From Calditrichales bacterium (GTDB lineage Bacteria > Calditrichota > Calditrichia > Calditrichales > J004), in assembly GCA_965267575.1 (NCBI GenBank), contig OZ254086.1, positions 3,963,818-4,027,817 on the forward strand: a stretch of 64,000 nucleotides of DNA. Direction: 5' to 3'. Below are positions 58,517 through 64,000 of this stretch, one piece after another. The notes under the pieces are model-generated. The model saw only the letters and a program-made list of their open reading frames with translations. It was not told the origin of the DNA and did no database searches. Positions within the stretch are counted from its first letter, which is position 1. Each line of letters opens with the position of its first letter. The translations under genes were made by a program, and so were the position numbers.

Positions 58517-59079
58517 CAGCGGTCCCCTTTCGCCCAGGCATAGAGCCGGCCGCTTATGTCCGCTTCCAGATCGCGGCCTCGGCGGTCGCTTTTTCCCACA
58601 TACGCTTCCTCGGCAACGATATAGAAATCCTGCTGTGACCAGCTTTCAATAAAGCGGCCAATGTTGAGATAGTGCCCCTTTACGGTAATGGAAAACGGCA
58701 GGGCCTTAACCTCGGATTGCGATGTATCCGCGAAAAAGGCTGAAAAAGCAGGAGTAAAATCAACAAGCTGAAGATTATGTTTTCGTGAGAGATCGCGCAT
58801 CTTTTCGGTGACGATACTTAGATCGCCCTTGTCAATAAAACGGCCTTCCAGCGCGAAGAGTGAGGCGCTTTCCCTCTCCAGGCGTTGACGGATATTATCG
58901 AGATCCTGCTGGGCGCGGCTCGCTTTATCGTAGCGTTCGATGGTTTTTTCCAGATCCTGCTGTAACGCCAGGTATTGCTTCTGCTGCGGGTTATAGACAA
59001 ATGTCCAGAAACCGCCGCAACAGGCCACCATGGTAATCAGAATAACCGCGAATATTTTTTTGGACGTAAACATAAGCAC
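58516..59079 (-). CDS. PilO-like pilus assembly protein
   Basis: 187 aa with an N-terminal TM, a coiled coil (QQDLEKTIERYDKASRAQQDLDNIRQRLE) and a ferredoxin-like C-domain. It forms a TGATG overlap with the next gene. Confidence 0.6.
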   Translation of the reverse strand: MLMFTSKKIFAVILITMVACCGGFWTFVYNPQQKQYLALQQDLEKTIERYDKASRAQQDLDNIRQRLERESASLFALEGRFIDKGDLSIVTEKMRDLSRKHNLQLVDFTPAFSAFFADTSQSEVKALPFSITVKGHYLNIGRFIESWSQQDFYIVAEEAYVGKSDRRGRDLEADISGRLYAWAKGDR

Positions 59080-61050
59080 CTACAGGTATGCCTTTAATTC
59101 AAATTCCAGTCGCTGCCGCACATTTCTTTTGTTTTTTTCGTCTATCTCAATATTCTTGAAATAATTGAGATCTTTTAGGTGATCGATAAAGTTGATCAGG
59201 ATAACATCACTATTCAGGTAATCGCCGTTTACGGTACCGGAAAGTGTAATGACGTAATCATAATCCGAATTCTGGTTGGCTGCCGGGCGTCTTCCCATGC
59301 GTCTGCCACGGGTTTGCGTTGCCTGGTGACGGGAAAAAGTGATCTCATTCAGGATGATATCTTCCATGGTCTCGTTGGAAAGCAAGCGCATCACATCCAG
59401 CAAGGGTGTCTCTTCAGCGACGCTGTTTACCAGCGCTGCTTTGCGAGATTGAATAGCGGTAATCTCGCTATTGAGACGCTGGTACTCCACACGGGCCGGA
59501 TTAATTTTGTTGTATTGGCGGGTGATCTGATCAAAGCGGGCCTGGATGCCCTCTATCTGGCTGTTTGTAAAAAAGCTTAGATAGCCCATTGTGGCCATAA
59601 CCAATACAAAAACAATGGCAGCAACAGCGTTTAAACGCTTAAAGCGCGCCTGCGCCTGCACCTCGCCCGGCACCATATTAAAGGGATGTTCGGTGTTGAT
59701 AAGGGCACCTAAAGCCGCCGAAAATTCACCATGACGACTGCGATTCTCTTCCGCCTCCTGAAACTTTGGGGCCAGAATAAACACCGGCATACCGAAATTT
59801 TTCTTGAGAAACGAGATCAGGCTCTCTTTTTGCACGCCATAGCCGGTTACAAAAACCCGCGAGATGTTACGGCCTTTTTTAAGGCTGTTAAAATAATCTA
59901 TGCTGTTTTGAAGCTCTGACCGGAACAGTTGCAACGCCGGGCTTTGATTATGTTGCAGGGCTTTTAGCCGCGCCCGCAGCACTTCCCTGATCCTTTCTGG
60001 TTTCAATGCGCCATCCCGACCAATACCGTCAGAATCCGAATGATCCAGCATATCCGGCCCAAGCAGATTGCCTTTATTATCATGGATGGCCAACTCCAGG
60101 TTGGCGGCGCCGCTGGCAATATTGCGCGTATATTCCAGTTCGCCATTATTCAGGTAACTTACGTGGGTCAGCTCATAAGAAATATCAACAAGGATTTCTT
60201 CCTCGCTTTTATTTACAAAATGCCGGAAAACATTGCTAAGGGCCACCTGGCGCGGAACCAGGCATTGCGGCGTAAGACCGGAGGACTCAAATAAGTCCAT
60301 ATGCTCCACGACAACATCCTCCGGAACCACGACGGTAAGCACGCGCGATTTGCGGATATTATCCTCGCTGAATTCCTCAAGCACCTTATAGCGCCAGATG
60401 CTTTTTTCGTTAAAACCGGGTAATTCTCCCTGAAGCTTGTAAAAAAGGGCGTTTTTAAATTCGCCCTGTTTGCGCATTTTAGGAAGTACGAATTGGCGTA
60501 CCGTGATGTCCGGGCTAAAAAAGCAGACATAGACTTGCTGGCCTTTTTTATACTTTGTGGCCTTAATATTGTCGATTGCTATTTTGAGAGCTTTGTAGCG
60601 TTCACCTTCTTCAGCCGGGGTCATCTTAACACCCCAATCCGTTACCTGCACCTGACTGCCGTTGCTCTTTCCGGTAAGGTAACGCACCTTATCACTGTCT
60701 ATGTCAATACACAAAAAGGAGTGCGTGTTCAGTTGTTGCAAGAAGGAAAAAGGCTGATAAAACTCGGCCATGCCGTGCATATACTTGAGCGACGAAAACT
60801 CTTCCGTTGCTCCCGGCATTGCCACTTTGCCCGCGCGTTTTTGCGCTGCCGGTTTTTCACGTTTATCCGCCCCGGTTGTACTGCGTTTTTCTGCTTTGAG
60901 GCGGACTTTTTTCCCGGCCTTGCGGCTAGCAGGTTTGGTTACCGTCCTTTTTCCTTTCAGAGCATCCACTTTAGCAGGCTTGCTGTTTTTCTCTTCTAAC
61001 TGTATTGATTCGCTTTTTGGCATGTCTGTATCTGTTTTTTCCGTCGTCAA
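59080..61050 (-). CDS. PilM-PilN fusion protein with a lysine-rich N-terminal extension
   Basis: 656 aa. An actin-like ATPase region (CIDIDSDKVRYLTG ... VFVTGYGV) is followed by one TM (AVAAIVFVLVMATMGYLSFF), then a PilN-type coiled coil and C-domain. The first 95 aa or so are Lys/Ala/Pro-rich. The track start is a TTG at 61050, and the first ATG is at 61023. Confidence 0.8.
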   Translation of the reverse strand: MTTEKTDTDMPKSESIQLEEKNSKPAKVDALKGKRTVTKPASRKAGKKVRLKAEKRSTTGADKREKPAAQKRAGKVAMPGATEEFSSLKYMHGMAEFYQPFSFLQQLNTHSFLCIDIDSDKVRYLTGKSNGSQVQVTDWGVKMTPAEEGERYKALKIAIDNIKATKYKKGQQVYVCFFSPDITVRQFVLPKMRKQGEFKNALFYKLQGELPGFNEKSIWRYKVLEEFSEDNIRKSRVLTVVVPEDVVVEHMDLFESSGLTPQCLVPRQVALSNVFRHFVNKSEEEILVDISYELTHVSYLNNGELEYTRNIASGAANLELAIHDNKGNLLGPDMLDHSDSDGIGRDGALKPERIREVLRARLKALQHNQSPALQLFRSELQNSIDYFNSLKKGRNISRVFVTGYGVQKESLISFLKKNFGMPVFILAPKFQEAEENRSRHGEFSAALGALINTEHPFNMVPGEVQAQARFKRLNAVAAIVFVLVMATMGYLSFFTNSQIEGIQARFDQITRQYNKINPARVEYQRLNSEITAIQSRKAALVNSVAEETPLLDVMRLLSNETMEDIILNEITFSRHQATQTRGRRMGRRPAANQNSDYDYVITLSGTVNGDYLNSDVILINFIDHLKDLNYFKNIEIDEKNKRNVRQRLEFELKAYL

Positions 61051-62723
61051 TTAATCGCTTTCCATTGTGAGCTAAGTATGACGCGTGATCCGCCATTTAT
61101 CGAAAATTGCATAAAGTCCCGAACGAGATCTTTGTCATGAATAACATTCAGTTGGTTAACATGCTCTTTATCATCCTCATGCTCCACAGCACTTCCTTCA
61201 ATATTACCGTGAGAAATGATTCCACCCTTAAACGTCAACTCGCGAATCTCAGCATCATCAGGAATAGGCGTATCACTTATCTCATCAACACTATGGCCCA
61301 AATTCACCAGCAAGATAAGGTCTTGAAGATCATAGTCCTCAGCATCGGTGTCACGGGTTGAAAGTTCAAAAAGTATCAAAACCTGGTTATCCGTAAGTAC
61401 CACTTTTTGATTGCTAAAATTGACATAGGGCTCAATAAAATCTATAGCTGACGCCTGGTCTTTAAAGGCCGGGAGGTCGGGAAGATAGTCGCCGTTACGA
61501 AGCAGCCATACAATATCGAAATCTTTCTTTTTGGACGAATGCGCCATCTGGTGCATTTTGTATTTGCCGCCCTTGCCGTTATTCTTAAACCATGACCGCG
61601 CTTTGAAGTCCATCTTATCCCCGGCATTGTAGGTCTGGTCAAAATAGAAAGTCATGCTATTGCCGGGAATATTAAGATTGCCTTCTTCAAGATCGGCGTC
61701 TTTGTTTTTGTCACTGGCGGACGGATTCGGACCAAAAGGCCTCAGCTTGTCTTTTCCAACTTTAAAGTCGAATGTCACGGGGGCATTATAAAGCTCGCCG
61801 TTATGAACATCCTGCAAGGCAGCGCCAAGCACGGAAAGGCTCGCCGCGAATTCATCTTCTGGAATGATCTCGCCATCATCAATGTCAAAATCGACAGGCT
61901 CTTTGTCCTCTTCGTCTTCCTCTTCTTCGCCTTCAACCTTCTCTTCAACATATATCTTTTTGTCGTAATTGGGCTGATATATGGTCATGCTTACGTCCGA
62001 AGAGTTTTTCCATGCCGGCTTAAAAATAATATTGCCCATGGCGACAAAGTGGACACCATTCTCCCATGAACCGTTTACAAAGGAAAGGTCTCCTTCCACA
62101 AAAACAATAGTGCCGTCCGGTGGGTTAAAGTCATTTGTAACAGACAGATTACCGTCGTAGTAGTATGAGTTGTCGTCCTCATGCGTAGACTTGGCAATGG
62201 CACGCAGCTCATTTAAATCGAAATATGGCACGGCGCCGGCGTTTTGAAATATTAATGCGCCGTTTGCTTCTGCTTCAGGATCCGATTTTGCCACGGTATT
62301 AAAAACAGACTTTCCCGAATAAACGGCATAATTAGGAACGTAAGATGAATCCGTACTAAAGATTGTCGTATGAAGTGTTTGGCTGATACCGCCGGTTTTG
62401 CCTGTTGCCGTAAACTTGACCTGGTTACTCCCGACTTTTGTCATCGCCACATCGGCGGTAACGCCATCACCGAGATCCAGATCATCAATTTCAAATTCAT
62501 CCGGGTCCTCTTTTGGGTCGGCAACATATTTTTTAATCCCGTACTCCAAGCCCGATTGCGCGGCGTAGAAGGCGCGCTGTTCGTCGGCCTCAAACATCTG
62601 GCCGCGTCTGTCAGATGAGACAATAGACGCAACGATTACACCCAATACGGATAGCATCAGGACCACACTAACTATCGTTGTTGTCACATGCCCATGCTGA
62701 GACTTAAAGTTAGTTCCTCGCAT
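61047..62723 (-). CDS. Large PilX-N-terminal-domain pilus-associated protein (putative tip or minor-pilin-like adhesin)
   Basis: I placed the start at the ATG at 62723, with GGAGG 9 nt upstream. A hydrophobic segment (VTTTIVSVVLMLSVLGVIVASIV) is followed by RAFYAAQSGLEYGIKKY, which fits the PilX_N pattern. An acidic linker EEKVEGEEEEDEEDKEPVDFDIDDGE follows. Confidence 0.6.
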   Translation of the reverse strand: MRGTNFKSQHGHVTTTIVSVVLMLSVLGVIVASIVSSDRRGQMFEADEQRAFYAAQSGLEYGIKKYVADPKEDPDEFEIDDLDLGDGVTADVAMTKVGSNQVKFTATGKTGGISQTLHTTIFSTDSSYVPNYAVYSGKSVFNTVAKSDPEAEANGALIFQNAGAVPYFDLNELRAIAKSTHEDDNSYYYDGNLSVTNDFNPPDGTIVFVEGDLSFVNGSWENGVHFVAMGNIIFKPAWKNSSDVSMTIYQPNYDKKIYVEEKVEGEEEEDEEDKEPVDFDIDDGEIIPEDEFAASLSVLGAALQDVHNGELYNAPVTFDFKVGKDKLRPFGPNPSASDKNKDADLEEGNLNIPGNSMTFYFDQTYNAGDKMDFKARSWFKNNGKGGKYKMHQMAHSSKKKDFDIVWLLRNGDYLPDLPAFKDQASAIDFIEPYVNFSNQKVVLTDNQVLILFELSTRDTDAEDYDLQDLILLVNLGHSVDEISDTPIPDDAEIRELTFKGGIISHGNIEGSAVEHEDDKEHVNQLNVIHDKDLVRDFMQFSINGGSRVILSSQWKAIN

Positions 62724-63195
62724 AGATCGTTTCCTCCATGACAATGGTTTCGTCATTTCTGTTGATATTTAGTCTGACCCCAATAAAAACCACTGAATCC
62801 TGCACGGCGGTTTCGTTGCCGTCACTGTTTAAATAACTGAATGGCGCTTCCTGAATGCCGGGAAGAATCTCGTTTTCGTTGCGGTAAAAAGCGCCGTCCG
62901 TGGCCACATAGCGGACATCCTGACCATTGTTATTCGTAAACAACAAATCGGAAGGTTGCATGGTTTTCAAATTCGCCGTCGACATATTCTGAATGTCCTG
63001 GCGCAACATGCGAATGGCCTTTCGTGTGTCCACAGTTACCGCTGTCTGATGAAACATCTGGTTAAATGCATTTGACTGGTTAAAGACAATCGTAAGCGTT
63101 ATAGTACCTACAATAGCGGTAAGAACCAGCCCTACAACCAGTTCCATAAGAGTAAACCCGCTTTCGTTATTTTTCCGTGCTGATAGCTTTTTCAT
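62710..63195 (-). CDS. Minor pilin / pseudopilin with prepilin-type N-terminal cleavage/methylation domain
   Basis: 161 aa reading MKKLSARKNNESGFTLMELVVGLVLTAIVGTI (G/FTLxE class III signal). Confidence 0.75.
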   Translation of the reverse strand: MKKLSARKNNESGFTLMELVVGLVLTAIVGTITLTIVFNQSNAFNQMFHQTAVTVDTRKAIRMLRQDIQNMSTANLKTMQPSDLLFTNNNGQDVRYVATDGAFYRNENEILPGIQEAPFSYLNSDGNETAVQDSVVFIGVRLNINRNDETIVMEETIYARN

Positions 63196-63197
63196 GA

Positions 63198-63605
63198 TCA
63201 GTAAGTAAACTTTGTCAGATAAAAAGTTATCTGAAATGGCCGTGGCATATTTGAATTTGATACGACGACGGTCACTTCATACGCTTCCTGATTGTCTTCT
63301 CCCCACTCCGCGATATAGGTGATTTGGGTTTGGCGGGAAAATCCGTTTTCCTGTTCTTCCGTTCCTTCGAAGCGCTCTTCCACCGTTTGATACCAGTCCC
63401 AGTTCGCGTCCCTGAAGGCCTGGATCTCCTCCAGCCGGCTATCGGCAAGGTAAACGCTTTGTGTCATCAGCCGGTTGGTCACGGTTCTCACGGAGAGATT
63501 ACCCATGAGTACGAAAAGGGAAGGCAAGGCGATGCCAACAATTATTACGACCACTACGGCCTCAAGAAGTGTGACGCCTTTTTCTTCCCTCAGTCGACTC
63601 AACAT
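63198..63605 (-). CDS. Minor pilin / pseudopilin with prepilin-type N-terminal domain
   Basis: 135 aa reading MLSRLREEKGVTLLEAVVVVIIVGIALPS (G/VTLLE). Confidence 0.7.
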   Translation of the reverse strand: MLSRLREEKGVTLLEAVVVVIIVGIALPSLFVLMGNLSVRTVTNRLMTQSVYLADSRLEEIQAFRDANWDWYQTVEERFEGTEEQENGFSRQTQITYIAEWGEDNQEAYEVTVVVSNSNMPRPFQITFYLTKFTY

Positions 63606-63617
63606 AAATTTTTACCT

Positions 63618-63953
63618 CTAATAGCTCACCGACAGGAAGCCATCGTCATCTACAGTAACGGTAAAGCTGCCTTCCGGCGCCTGACCATTGGCAAAAAATG
63701 TAGACGCATCATCGTTGTAATCGGAAACCACGGACGCCAGTGTCGTCGCATTATCATTCATCAGGCGATTGGAGTATTCCATCAGGATGGCGGCTTCAAT
63801 CGCTTTGGCGTTGGCTTCGTTACGTGCGGCAGTGGCATTGTCGGTCAAATCGAAATAACGCGGTACGGCGATGGCCGCCAGGATGCCGATGATTACGACA
63901 ACAACTACCAGTTCCATTAAAGTGAAACCACTTTGGTTAGATGATAAACGCAT
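63618..63953 (-). CDS. Type IV pilin-like protein (probable major subunit)
   Basis: 111 aa reading MRLSSNQSGFTLMELVVVVVIIGILAAIAVPRY. AGGAGA sits 7 nt upstream of the ATG. It is the first visible gene of the operon in this window. Confidence 0.8.
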   Translation of the reverse strand: MRLSSNQSGFTLMELVVVVVIIGILAAIAVPRYFDLTDNATAARNEANAKAIEAAILMEYSNRLMNDNATTLASVVSDYNDDASTFFANGQAPEGSFTVTVDDDGFLSVSY

Positions 63954-64000
63954 TGTTTTATCTCCTATGTTTGTGAATTGTACGGTTTTGGTAACCTTTT

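Overview
This is a gene-dense bacterial chromosomal segment with about 55 protein genes. 48 of them lie on the minus strand, in long operons with 1-17 nt gaps or overlaps. Hand-sampled lines give mostly about 50-55% G+C. I saw no rRNA, tRNA, CRISPR array, transposase, integrase or phage genes. Most content is housekeeping: korAB, comM/yifB, tsaD, mutM, trpEG, a class-I aminotransferase, ybeY-pgpH-corC, two acyl-CoA dehydrogenases, panD, miaB/mtaB, clpB, tatA, hsp20 and radA. Four parts look accessory. (i) A plus-strand peptidoglycan/MurNAc-salvage-like cluster at 46.8-54.2 kb encodes a DUF1343/NamZ lipoprotein, a double GT2, a BadF-type kinase, a signal-less SpoIID-like protein and an AmpG with a roughly 200-aa insertion. 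(ii) A TetR-controlled RND efflux operon lies at 40.5-46.7 kb. (iii) A small signalling/sulfur block at 29.5-33.6 kb holds an orphan GHKL kinase-like protein, a Cys-less rhodanese with a DUF6132-like partner, and a 7-TM hybrid histidine kinase. (iv) A type IV pilus-like operon at 55.7-64.0 kb runs off the right edge. It has a PilM-PilN fusion with a lysine-rich tail, a low-GC 558-aa PilX-type protein, a short secretin, pilT and a coupled large lipoprotein. Gene content suggests an FCB-group-like bacterium, but that is a low-confidence inference. I found no compelling, wholly new system. The best follow-up targets are the peptidoglycan cluster, the atypical pilus operon, and a shared sigma-54-like motif plus palindromes upstream of clpB and hsp20. 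The supplied ORF track uses ATG, GTG and TTG starts and takes the longest ORF, so I shortened several starts where a Shine-Dalgarno (SD) sequence or operon spacing supported it.
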